A stretch of DNA of 64,000 nt from Kofleriaceae bacterium (GTDB lineage: Bacteria > Myxococcota_A > Polyangia > Haliangiales > Haliangiaceae). Location: the NCBI GenBank assembly GCA_965215005.1, contig CBDCCZ010000018.1, forward strand, positions 128,001-192,000, written 5' to 3'. Below are positions 1-8,762 of the stretch, in pieces; positions within the stretch are counted from its first letter, which is position 1, and the number at the start of each line of letters is the position of its first letter. The position numbers and the translations under genes were made by a program. Under the pieces are notes generated by a model that saw nothing but the letters and a program-made list of their open reading frames with translations, had not been told where the DNA came from and made no database searches.

Positions 1-498
1 AACGTGCGGCGCGCGCCCTCGCACCTCGGCCAGCACCCCTGGATCGAAGCTGGAAATCAAGACTCGCGAGTGGTCCCCAATCCGGCGCAGTGCTGTCAGC
101 ACCGCGGTGGTGGTGCGATGCGCGCCACCAAGGCGCCGCGACTTGATTTCCACGTTCACTAGCGCGTCAGCAGCGAACGCTAAGACGTCCTCCAGCAGCG
201 GGATCGCGCCGCCGCCACGCAGCTCGACACGCCGCAGCTCACGCCACGGCAGCCTAGCCACCGCCTCCGGGCGCCCCGCCAGCCGCTGCAGCTCGAAGTC
301 ATGGAACACCACCGCCTCGCCCGTTCGACAAACGTGCACGTCGAGCTCGATGCCGTCGGCGCCATCGGCGAGCGCGCGAGCAAACGCCGCCATGGTGTTT
401 TCTGTCGCGAGCGCGCTGGCACCGCGATGGCCGAGCACCAGCGGCCGCGATGAGTTCGCCGAGCGCCACGAGTGAGCCGATGAGTTCCAAGGTCGCAC
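1..498 (-). CDS. Glycerophosphodiester phosphodiesterase (GDPD family), runs off the window edge
   Basis: Manual translation of the minus strand gives PLVLGHRGASALATENTMAAF...DGIELDVH...VVFHD...VNVEIK...ISSFD, the GDPD signature motifs. Not in the ORF track because it is 3'-truncated. GTG start at 498 is tentative. Confidence 0.88.
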   Translation of the reverse strand, partial: MRPWNSSAHSWRSANSSRPLVLGHRGASALATENTMAAFARALADGADGIELDVHVCRTGEAVVFHDFELQRLAGRPEAVARLPWRELRRVELRGGGAIPLLEDVLAFAADALVNVEIKSRRLGGAHRTTTAVLTALRRIGDHSRVLISSFDPGVLAEVRGRAPHV

Positions 499-555
499 CC
501 TTGCACCCTACGAGATTGCGCCTGCGCCGCGCTGGCTTTGCCGTATCCTGAATCA

Positions 556-2736
556 ATGCATCGCGTTGCGTTGACCCTGGCGCTGCTTGGCACCCTCGGT
601 TGCGGCGGCCCGCGTAGCGCCGCCCCGCGCTCGCCCCTCGGCGTGAGCACTGAGTTCGTCGACGCCCCTATGGAGCTCGCCGATCCCAGCGATCGCGCCA
701 TGGCGCGCGCGCGCTTCGAGAGCATGAACCTCAGCGACCCACAGCGCGTCGAGCTCCGGCAAGCGCTGGCGACGGAGCTCGGTCACCGCGCCAGGTCCGC
801 ACGAGCGGCCGGTGACCTCGACGATGCCTTCGCTGCCCTCCTCGAGCTAGCATCACTGTGGACCGCGACCGAGCTCGCCGAGCCAATCGTTGCCGCCGAG
901 CTCGCGCCCTACGCTGAGCTCACCGCCTCGCTCCTCGCTGACGTCTCGCGAGCCGGCAACGACGTTCACGCCGCCGCTGCTCTCGCGCTGCTCGCGGTGA
1001 TGCGTCCCGAGCGCGCGGAAGAATACGCGCGCGAGCTGCAGCTCATTTTTGACTATAGCGATGAGCTCGAGCAGGCAATGTGGGGCGAAGGCGCCGAGGG
1101 CGCGCGGCCCATCGCGATCCTCGAAGATGTCGAGCGCTCCGTGCATACGCCGCTCGTCATCGATGAGCTCGTCGGCCTTCTGGTCACGCGGCAGCGGTTC
1201 TTCGACGCCAAGATCCGCGACAGCGGCGCTCAGCTCGATGTTGCGCTGGTACGCGCCCACGGCGACGGCGTCGTCCGCAGCGCCTGGCTGATCGTTGGGA
1301 TCTTGGCGCGCGCAAATCGCCTTGACGAAGTGCCTGCCGCGCTAGCCCCGATCAAAGGCATTGGCGATGACGGCGAGCTGCGTCTAGCCGTGCAGACGGC
1401 GCTTTCCGAAGACGCCGGTCCCAAGGAGTGGATCGATCTCGCCGGGCAGTTTCAAAGCGGCGACTCGGATCGCCGCGATCTCGAGACCACTCTTGCGATC
1501 GTCCGCGAGGGCCTGCGCCGCCATCCGCGCAGCGTTGCGCTGCACACCGCCGCCGGCCTCACCGCCCGCGCCGGCAACAACCTACCGCTTGCCATCGACC
1601 ATTTCGAACGCGCCCTGGCGCTCGCACCCGACAGCCGCGACGCTGCCGAGCAGCTCAGCGAGCTGTACCGCGTGCAGATCGGCCAGCTGGTGTTCGCGCA
1701 TCGACCGCGCGCGGCAGTGGCCGCGCTGCGAGCTGCCGCAGACTTTCACGCCAGCGCTGCACAGCGTTGGTCCGAGCCGCTGCGCTCGGACTTGGCGGCC
1801 GCCTACGCGACCATGGGTCGCGGCTTGGTCAGCTTGGGCGAGCTCGACGATGGCCGCGAGCACCTCGAGCGGTCGGTGGCACTGCGACCTACGATCGACG
1901 CGCTCGAATATCTCGGCCTCATCGAGCTCAAGCGCGATCGATTCGCCGCGGCCGTGCGCCACTTCAGCGCCGCTCTCAAGCTGCCAGCCACCGACGTCGC
2001 CACCACCTTCGACCGCGCGCGCATCCTGCGTCTGGCTGGCGAAGCACTCGCCGGTCATGGCGATGCCAAGGGCGCCGCCGACCGCTTTCGCCAAGCGTTG
2101 GACAGCTGGAAACGGCTATCCTCCCGCGTCGAGCTCACCCCGCGATTCGCCGCCGAAATGCACCTCGAGGCCGGTAAAGCGCAGTGGGCACTCGGCCATC
2201 GGCGAGAAGCCCTTGCGCGAATCGACGCCGCCATCGACGCCGATAGCGACGGCTCCGAAACCTACACCGATGTCGTCGCCTTCCTCATCGTGAACGGTCA
2301 ATACCCTCGCGCCCTCGATGCCTACCACCGCGCCCTCGGCTCCACGGCAGTTAGCGACTACTACAAAGTCTTCATGAGCCTGTGGATCGTCGGCGAGGCC
2401 CGGCGCCTGGACCGCACGCCCGATCCCCTGGCCACCAGCTTCCTCGAGGAACGCGCTGGTCGCCTCTGGTACGACGACCTCGCACGACTCGCCACCCACC
2501 GCGCCGACGTCCAAGCGCTTAAAACCCGCGCCACCACGCGCGCCCGCCGCGCCGAGCTCCTCTACTACGCCGCCGTCCTCGGCCGCACCGCCGAAGATCC
2601 CCGCGCCGTCGAAGCCCTACTCCGGCGCGTCGTCGCCACCGAAATGGTGTTGTTCTTCGAATACGACATGGCCAAGCACTGGCTAGAACAACGCTACGCC
2701 ACCGCCTCCGACTCCCAGCAGCGCGCGACGCCGTAG
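556..2736 (+). CDS. TPR-repeat lipoprotein
   Basis: Signal peptide with lipobox (TLGC) and many TPR-like helices (AIDHFERALALAP, AYATMGRGLVSLG, ALEYLGLIELK). Confidence 0.8.
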   Translation: MHRVALTLALLGTLGCGGPRSAAPRSPLGVSTEFVDAPMELADPSDRAMARARFESMNLSDPQRVELRQALATELGHRARSARAAGDLDDAFAALLELASLWTATELAEPIVAAELAPYAELTASLLADVSRAGNDVHAAAALALLAVMRPERAEEYARELQLIFDYSDELEQAMWGEGAEGARPIAILEDVERSVHTPLVIDELVGLLVTRQRFFDAKIRDSGAQLDVALVRAHGDGVVRSAWLIVGILARANRLDEVPAALAPIKGIGDDGELRLAVQTALSEDAGPKEWIDLAGQFQSGDSDRRDLETTLAIVREGLRRHPRSVALHTAAGLTARAGNNLPLAIDHFERALALAPDSRDAAEQLSELYRVQIGQLVFAHRPRAAVAALRAAADFHASAAQRWSEPLRSDLAAAYATMGRGLVSLGELDDGREHLERSVALRPTIDALEYLGLIELKRDRFAAAVRHFSAALKLPATDVATTFDRARILRLAGEALAGHGDAKGAADRFRQALDSWKRLSSRVELTPRFAAEMHLEAGKAQWALGHRREALARIDAAIDADSDGSETYTDVVAFLIVNGQYPRALDAYHRALGSTAVSDYYKVFMSLWIVGEARRLDRTPDPLATSFLEERAGRLWYDDLARLATHRADVQALKTRATTRARRAELLYYAAVLGRTAEDPRAVEALLRRVVATEMVLFFEYDMAKHWLEQRYATASDSQQRATP

Positions 2737-2872
2737 TCCATTACTGAAGCGCGCTGTGCAGAACCGCAATCTGCGCGTCAGCTCCCGCTCCCAGTGCGCC
2801 CGTCCCAGCTCCACATCCCCCTTCTGATACGCGGTCACCGCGAGCAAAGCCGATCGGCCGCCGCGGGAGTTG

Positions 2873-2975
2873 TGACGCGCAGAAATCCGAATCCCCGATG
2901 CGGGGCACGGGCGGCAGATTTCTGCTGCTCGCGTGCATCCTTCGGCGTCTCCCCAAGCCGTCGCTGCGTTGCTAG
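2873..2975 (+). repeat. Dispersed structured repeat, copy 1
   Basis: Core ccccgatgcggggcacgggcggcagatttctgc...ccttcggcgtctccccaagc matches 6998-7101 (reverse complement) and 15222-15297. About 85% identity over ~66 nt by hand alignment. Confidence 0.9.
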
Positions 2976-3094
2976 GGGTCGTCGTTTTGCCACATCTTGC
3001 CGCCGCGGCGGCCTTGTAGCCTTGGCCGACGCCGTCTAAGGTCTGGCCAGCTCTTGAACTGGTGAGTCCTACTCGAGGCCGGAGGGGTGACGAG

Positions 3095-4588
3095 ATGGTG
3101 TCGAGGAATCTGAAACGCGGCGGTTTGGCTCTCGTTCTCCTGCTCGTGGCGTGTGGCCATGTCGCTCCCGCGGAAGAAGATGCGGGCAGTGACATCGCTG
3201 CAGCGTGTGGTGACGGCGTATGTTGCACGCCAAGCGGCGCGTTCGCTGCCGCGACAACCGTTTGCTCCACGACCACCGAGTACCGCTGCGATGGCGCAAC
3301 ATGCGGCGGGACTGCTGAACAACGTCTCGTCAATCGCTACTGCTCGGGTGACGCAGCAGCCTGCGAAGGCAACGTTGATGCTGCTGAATGGACAACCGCG
3401 CTCCAGTGCAGTGCAGAAGAGCTCTGTACGACCGACGAAACCTCGCCACCCACCTGTACCGCCTGCGAAAACGGCTGCACCGAGGGGGCTTGCGTAGGGG
3501 CTGTTTGCACCGAAGGCGCCTGCTGCACGCCCGCTGGACAGTTCGCCGACGCATCGATCACATGTGAGAGCTCGACGACCTACCGTTGCGCCGGCTCCGC
3601 GTGCGGAGGACAACCGCAGAAGCGCGTTGCGGAGCGGGCCTGCAGCGGGCAATCGGCTGCCTGCGACGGCGTAGTCACCGACTCTGGATGGGAAGACTCC
3701 GCTACCTGCGACGCTGCCCAGATTTGTGCCCCGGAAGCCAACGGCCCCCCAAGCTGCCTCGATTGTGAGAATGGCTGTGAAGGCAATGGCTGCATCGCAG
3801 CCCAGTGCGATAGCGGCACCTGTTGCGATCCCACAGGACAGTTCAAGCCCAGTACCACAGTCTGCTCCACCTCCACGACATACCGCTGTTCAGGCCAAGC
3901 CTGTGGTGGCCAGCCGCAAGAGCGAATCGCACGTCGGTACTGCTCTGGCAGCTCCGCCGCGTGCGATGGCGCTAATGAGCCAGGAACTTGGCGCAACCTC
4001 GCGGCATGCGGCGCCAACGATACATGCGAAGGATCAGGCAACACTCGTCCCGTTTGCTCGACATGTCCCTCCGGGTGTGATGCCGGGACGTGCCGAGAAG
4101 CACGTATATGGATCTTTCCCACGCGAGGACAGTTTGGTGGCGACATCGGTGGCCGGGTCGCGGCCGATAACTACTGTGCGATTAAGTACAGGGAGTCGTT
4201 CGAGCACCTAGCCTGCAATCAAGTCCATGCCTTGTTAGGGATCAGCGCAAGTGACCGCCTGCAGTCGATGCCCGTGACGTTCGGCGTACCGACCGATGCG
4301 CCCGTATTTCGCGCGCAAGACGGCGAAGGGGGGCCCCTCGTCGCGAACAGCTGGAACGAGCTGACCAACCCCAACCTTAGCCTTACAACTGCAGTATCGG
4401 ATACGCCGCTGCTTTTCTGGAGCGGACAAAACACTCAATACACTTGTGACAGCTGGACATCCCTCTCCGGCGCCTCCTATGGAGAGCTCGGCGACGCTTC
4501 AGCGAGGAACGGCTGGCTCTCACGAGCCCTAGATACCTGCGACAAGGTCTTCAACCTTATCTGCATTTGCTGGGCTATGCATCAATGA
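3095..4588 (+). CDS. Cys-rich lipoprotein with three ~100-aa disintegrin-like repeats and a C-terminal DUF1554/endostatin-like domain
   Basis: GGAGG upstream and lipobox LVAC. Three repeats of CCxPxGxF...C...YRC...CGG...R.CSG.xAAC. The C-terminus IFPTRGQFGGDIGGRVAADNYC...FWSG...CDSWT...LICI resembles DUF1554. Confidence 0.75.
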   Translation: MVSRNLKRGGLALVLLLVACGHVAPAEEDAGSDIAAACGDGVCCTPSGAFAAATTVCSTTTEYRCDGATCGGTAEQRLVNRYCSGDAAACEGNVDAAEWTTALQCSAEELCTTDETSPPTCTACENGCTEGACVGAVCTEGACCTPAGQFADASITCESSTTYRCAGSACGGQPQKRVAERACSGQSAACDGVVTDSGWEDSATCDAAQICAPEANGPPSCLDCENGCEGNGCIAAQCDSGTCCDPTGQFKPSTTVCSTSTTYRCSGQACGGQPQERIARRYCSGSSAACDGANEPGTWRNLAACGANDTCEGSGNTRPVCSTCPSGCDAGTCREARIWIFPTRGQFGGDIGGRVAADNYCAIKYRESFEHLACNQVHALLGISASDRLQSMPVTFGVPTDAPVFRAQDGEGGPLVANSWNELTNPNLSLTTAVSDTPLLFWSGQNTQYTCDSWTSLSGASYGELGDASARNGWLSRALDTCDKVFNLICICWAMHQ

Positions 4589-5889
4589 CGAGTCCCAGCA
4601 ACAAGCTGCCACTGAGGCCATGTTGGCTAAGGCTATTGCGGCTCTCCGTTGCATTCACCCTCATCGGCTGCGGAGGCGATCCTATAGCGCCGAGTTTAGC
4701 GTCTGACGCCAGCTACACTTACGATGCCAATACTACTTTGGACGCTTCGACGGAAATATTTGATGCTGCACCGATAGATTCCGCACCGCCCGACCTACGA
4801 CTCCTATGCGGAGCCGTGCCGCTGACTTACGCCGACTGGGAAGATTGCTACCGAAAGCGATTCTGTGAATGGTACGTCGGCTGTGTCCCTCTTGGTGGCT
4901 ATGCAACTGTAAGCGAGTGCATCGAACAGGAAGACGTGGCGGCAGGTGGAAGGATCTCCTATGAGCGTCGACAGCGGGAATGGTCAGTAGAGAACGGAAG
5001 AACTAAAGTAGATTACGAGGCATTTGTCAGGTGCCTAGCCGGGACAGGCGAAGATTTCTGCCGTACGTCGAGATCCAATGCCGACTGTGTCCTCCGACTG
5101 CGGGGAACGGTGCCTCACAATGGAGAATGTCTTTCGAACGTTGACTGCTCATCCCCCGGCGGAATCTGTCAAAGAGACTGCAATGACGCATGCTGCACAG
5201 GTGTTTGCAAAGCTGCTGCAAAGCTGGGCGAAGAATGCTTTGAAGAGCCATTCTGCGAGCCAGAGCTCCAGTGCGTAGATGGAATTTGTGTTTCAGGCGC
5301 GCTCGGCAAGCCATGCACTTCAGTAGTCGGGTGCAACGACGATGGCTGGTGTGACATGGAGTTACAGGTTTGTCGCTCGCCACTTCCGGAAGGAAGCACT
5401 TGCGAAAATTTTCTGCAGTGCGAGGAGAAGACTCGGTGCATAGGGCTGGTCAGCGGCCAGCAAAAAGGGCGCTGTGAGCCAGTTGGGCAGGAAGGTGCTC
5501 CGTGTGACCTCGGCTGCCTAGGCAGTAAGTTGTACTGCGATCGCTCGGTGATTTCTGGCGAATTGGGTATCTGTCGCGAGATGCCCATACTAGGAGAAGC
5601 ATGCGGAGGAATACGTCAATGCCAAAGAATATCGCAACTCTGTCGCGACGGTCGATGTGCACCTCGACCGACCGAGGGAGAAAGCTGCGCAACAGGGGAA
5701 TGTGCGCCCGGGTTCTTCTGTTTGTCGGAGGTTGAGGCAGCACCGCCAGTTTGCGCTCCTCGCCGCGAGGCAGGAGGCGCCTGCTCGAGGGACGCTCACT
5801 GCATTTCCTACCTGTGCAGCGCTAGCGATGGAATGGGGGAGGTTGGTCAGTGCCAGCGATCGATCGACAGCTGCGAAGTGCAACCATGA
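4585..5889 (+). CDS. Cys-rich lipoprotein (Dickkopf/EGF-like short Cys repeats)
   Basis: ATGA overlap with the upstream stop, lipobox LIGC, and repeated GExC...C..GL.C..G.C units. Confidence 0.75.
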   Translation: MTSPSNKLPLRPCWLRLLRLSVAFTLIGCGGDPIAPSLASDASYTYDANTTLDASTEIFDAAPIDSAPPDLRLLCGAVPLTYADWEDCYRKRFCEWYVGCVPLGGYATVSECIEQEDVAAGGRISYERRQREWSVENGRTKVDYEAFVRCLAGTGEDFCRTSRSNADCVLRLRGTVPHNGECLSNVDCSSPGGICQRDCNDACCTGVCKAAAKLGEECFEEPFCEPELQCVDGICVSGALGKPCTSVVGCNDDGWCDMELQVCRSPLPEGSTCENFLQCEEKTRCIGLVSGQQKGRCEPVGQEGAPCDLGCLGSKLYCDRSVISGELGICREMPILGEACGGIRQCQRISQLCRDGRCAPRPTEGESCATGECAPGFFCLSEVEAAPPVCAPRREAGGACSRDAHCISYLCSASDGMGEVGQCQRSIDSCEVQP

Positions 5890-6001
5890 CGCCACCTCGA
5901 GCCGCCTTCTGCGCACATCAACCGTCTCGTCATAACCAGAAACGACTGTCGCCCACCTGAATCAAGAACCGATCCTGCAACTTCAAAGGAGCCGAGACGT
6001 C

Positions 6002-6916
6002 ATGATGAAGAAGATTCTTATTTTGAGCCTTTTGCTGTCAACCGCGGCGGTGTTTGAGAAGAGTGCCAATGCACAGCCCACAGACGATGATTTGATGTTG
6101 GTACTCATCGACGCTAGCGGTTCAATGAGCATAGAACGCGACGGCGATGGCGAGGTGAGAACGCGGCTCGACGCAGCGAAGGCTCTAGCCAAAACGCGTG
6201 TAAGGGAGCAGGCGATGTCGGGACTGACGGGGGTATCGGTTCGAACCTTCCGGGGAACTAGCTATGTCATAGAGCACACCGATGGCTTCGTGCCCGTCAA
6301 CACTGCCTTGGCAGCAATCGACACTCTAGACGTGACGAGCGGCACCACACCTCTGGCGGGCAGCATGTGTGAAGCGATTGACGCTCTCGTTGCAGCCACT
6401 AACGGCACACGGGTGTTACAGGTGAGCTCAGATGGCGAAGAGAATTCGACTCCGGAGGCTCATCCGTGCGCAGGTCCCACGTCGACTATTGACGATGAAC
6501 CATTCACTAGTGGTTCATGGCAAAATCTCGTTTACACGCGTGCCATAAATAATGTCATCGTAAGAGTAGATCTATTCAATTCGGGACCCATACTTAGCCT
6601 ACAAGCTCCGAGAACGGCGGCGAGGCTTGATGATGACGTCGAAGAATTCGACCCTCCGACGCTCGAGGAATTCTTTCAAGCGTTAGCACGAAGCACCGGC
6701 GGAACGCTCCATGTAATCGCGGATGACGAGCCACTTCCCATATTCGCAGATCTGAACGGCGACCACTGCGTCAACGGTTTTGACGCGTTCTTGATGGGGA
6801 CGCAGATGGGCCGGCGGGTACCCCCGGCTGACGGGATCTTCGACCTCAACCTCGACGGACGGATCAATATACGGGATGCGCTCATCCTGATTTCGCACAT
6901 CACTCGTGGCTGTTAG
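6002..6916 (+). CDS. Secreted vWA-domain protein with a C-terminal dockerin-like domain
   Basis: AAGGAG RBS and Sec signal. MIDAS residues DASGS, T (GTTPL) and D (SDGEEN). Two EF-hand-like loops, DLNGDHCVNGFD and DLNLDGRINIRD. Confidence 0.85.
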   Translation: MMKKILILSLLLSTAAVFEKSANAQPTDDDLMLVLIDASGSMSIERDGDGEVRTRLDAAKALAKTRVREQAMSGLTGVSVRTFRGTSYVIEHTDGFVPVNTALAAIDTLDVTSGTTPLAGSMCEAIDALVAATNGTRVLQVSSDGEENSTPEAHPCAGPTSTIDDEPFTSGSWQNLVYTRAINNVIVRVDLFNSGPILSLQAPRTAARLDDDVEEFDPPTLEEFFQALARSTGGTLHVIADDEPLPIFADLNGDHCVNGFDAFLMGTQMGRRVPPADGIFDLNLDGRINIRDALILISHITRGC

Positions 6917-6967
6917 CAATTCCCTCGAGTGTATCCTCGATCTCGGTTTCTCCGCTAACACGAAGAC

Positions 6968-7001
6968 CTAGTGGTTCACGGCGAAAGTCGTGAACCGCTA
7001 G
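6968..7001 (+). repeat. CTAG-bounded 34-nt hairpin (15-bp stem, GAAA loop); possible IS630-like mini-element, also placed to act as a terminator
   Basis: ctagtggttcacggc-gaaa-gtcgtgaaccgctag. The left arm recurs exactly (reverse complement) at 27958-27972, and a degenerate copy lies at 27757-27787. Confidence 0.75.
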
Positions 7002-7101
7002 AAACACAACGATCGCTTGGGGGAGACGCCGAAGGGGGCGCATGAAGAGCAGAAATCTGCCGCCCTTGCCCCGCATCGGGGCGGCGAATTTCATGCGCGT
7101 C
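6998..7101 (-). repeat. Dispersed structured repeat, copy 2 (inverted relative to copy 1)
   Basis: The reverse complement aligns to 2873-2975 with about 8 mismatches and 1 gap in the 67-nt core. Confidence 0.9.
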
Positions 7102-7466
7102 CTCGACGGCTTCAGCAAGTCGACTGTGGGCGGCGAACTTCGAGGCGGTCATGGGGCAACGCTATTGCGCAGATCTTACAGCGCGTTCGGGCCCCCGGAT
7201 TCCGATGCAATGAACGCCCTCACCCGGCGCGCGCTGTCGTCGTTGCGACCACGGTAGAGCCTGCTCTCGACCCTCAACCCTCGTAGGCCGCGTAGGGGCG
7301 CTCGCAAGCGAGGTCGCTTCACGGCGGTGCCTCTCACCGAGCCCATCGCCCGCCGCCTGTGATAGCGTTGCTGGCATGCGCCCAGTTGTCGTCGTCGTGG
7401 GCCTGGCCATGACGGCTTGGGCGTTCATACGGGTGCTCATTGGTCAGCGCTTTCGTGCCGGGAACG

Positions 7467-8762
7467 ATGCGGCAGCGGCTCTGCTCAAAGACTGACGTGG
7501 CGCTGCGCGTCGTGGTCCTCGCGGTCTGCCTCCTGGCTGGCTGTGGCACCAAGCAGAGCGCGTTGCCTACTGCGCTGGTCGACGCCGACGAGGGGCGATT
7601 TCCGCACGCGCGGCACGAGCAGCTGGCGTGCACCGAATGCCATGCTCGCGAGCGCACGTTGGCGGGTCCTCCGCAGATGCCCGGGGCCGATGATCACGCG
7701 CCTTGCGACCGGCAGGCTTGCCACCAAGCCGAGTTTCTGGCCGGTCCGAGCACGTTCTGCATGCAGTGTCATGAAGAGGTGGATCCCGATGGTGCCTCGC
7801 CACTGGTGCCCTACCCGCCGCAACACGGCCGCCGCGCGCTGGCTTCGCGCTTCTCTCATGCCTTGCATCTCGACGCTGCTCGCATGGAAACAGCGGTCGG
7901 CTTCCATGTCTCCTGCAGCGACTGCCATGAGGTTCGCGAGCTTCTATCTCCAAAGACCGCCAGCCACCGCTCCTGCGCCCGTTGCCACGCGCCCGAAGCA
8001 GCCGCCCCAGGCGCGCCCACCATGCATCAGTGCCAGCGCTGCCATCAAGCCGTGATCGCCCCGCTGCGTCGCCGCGAGCTCATCACCGGCGACCTCAGCT
8101 TCGAGCACCAAAACCATCGCCTCGATCACAGTGGCGAGCTCATCGCCTGCACCGAGTGTCACGTGGCAAGTGCCACCACGACGGAGCTCGTTCAGCCGCC
8201 GCCGCCGACTGCCGCCTGCGTCAACTGTCACGACGATCCCGACCGGGCTCCCGCACGGGTGCGGATGCGCCAGTGCGAAGCATGTCACGCCACGCGGCGC
8301 GATGGCATCGGCACCCTAGCGCCGCGGTCGCACCTACCGGCGCGCGAGCGCCCCGAAGATCACACGCTGGCATTCCGCACCGAGCACGGCGCCGATGCCC
8401 AGCGCGAGCCCACCCGCTGTGCCAGCTGCCATACCTTTCTTTCGGGCTCCCCGCGCGATACCTGCGCCGACTGCCACGCGGTGATGCGTCCCGTCGATCA
8501 CACCGTGTCGTGGCGCGAGCTCGAGCACGGCCAGGCCGCGGCCACCAGCACCGAGCGCTGCACCACCTGCCACGTGGCCTCGTTCTGCACCACGTGCCAC
8601 TCCACCCCGCCCCGCTCGCACTTTCCTCGGCTGGCGTTTCGCGAACGCGGCCACGGCGAGGTCGCTCGCGTCTCCCCGCGCAGCTGCGTGGTATGCCACA
8701 GCGTCGAGCGTTTCTGCGCCAGCGCCGGCTGTCACACCACGACCCCGGGGCCGCTGCGCTGA
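7467..8762 (+). CDS. Multiheme c-type cytochrome lipoprotein (c3-like), 13 CxxCH + 2 CxxxxCH
   Basis: Lipobox LAGC, heme motifs counted by hand, and c3-type F-x-H-x-x-H motifs. The start could be ATG 7467 or GTG 7497. Confidence 0.92.
   Translation: MRQRLCSKTDVALRVVVLAVCLLAGCGTKQSALPTALVDADEGRFPHARHEQLACTECHARERTLAGPPQMPGADDHAPCDRQACHQAEFLAGPSTFCMQCHEEVDPDGASPLVPYPPQHGRRALASRFSHALHLDAARMETAVGFHVSCSDCHEVRELLSPKTASHRSCARCHAPEAAAPGAPTMHQCQRCHQAVIAPLRRRELITGDLSFEHQNHRLDHSGELIACTECHVASATTTELVQPPPPTAACVNCHDDPDRAPARVRMRQCEACHATRRDGIGTLAPRSHLPARERPEDHTLAFRTEHGADAQREPTRCASCHTFLSGSPRDTCADCHAVMRPVDHTVSWRELEHGQAAATSTERCTTCHVASFCTTCHSTPPRSHFPRLAFRERGHGEVARVSPRSCVVCHSVERFCASAGCHTTTPGPLR

Noticed and set aside
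2873..7101. Integron attC interpretation of the repeats
   Set aside because: The copies are inverted rather than direct, do not separate each gene, and no integrase is present in the window.
7371..7390. Candidate sigma-54 promoters (also near 35052, 45085 and 48320)
   Set aside because: The GG-N10-GC spacing or TTGC element is not satisfied.
7982..8761. Arg-rich N-terminal extensions in the ORF track (also 42330-42557, 55677-56345, 56119-56583, 13944-14420)
   Set aside because: They overlap neighbouring genes in another frame. Better starts lie downstream, with signal peptides, stop/start overlaps or domain boundaries.
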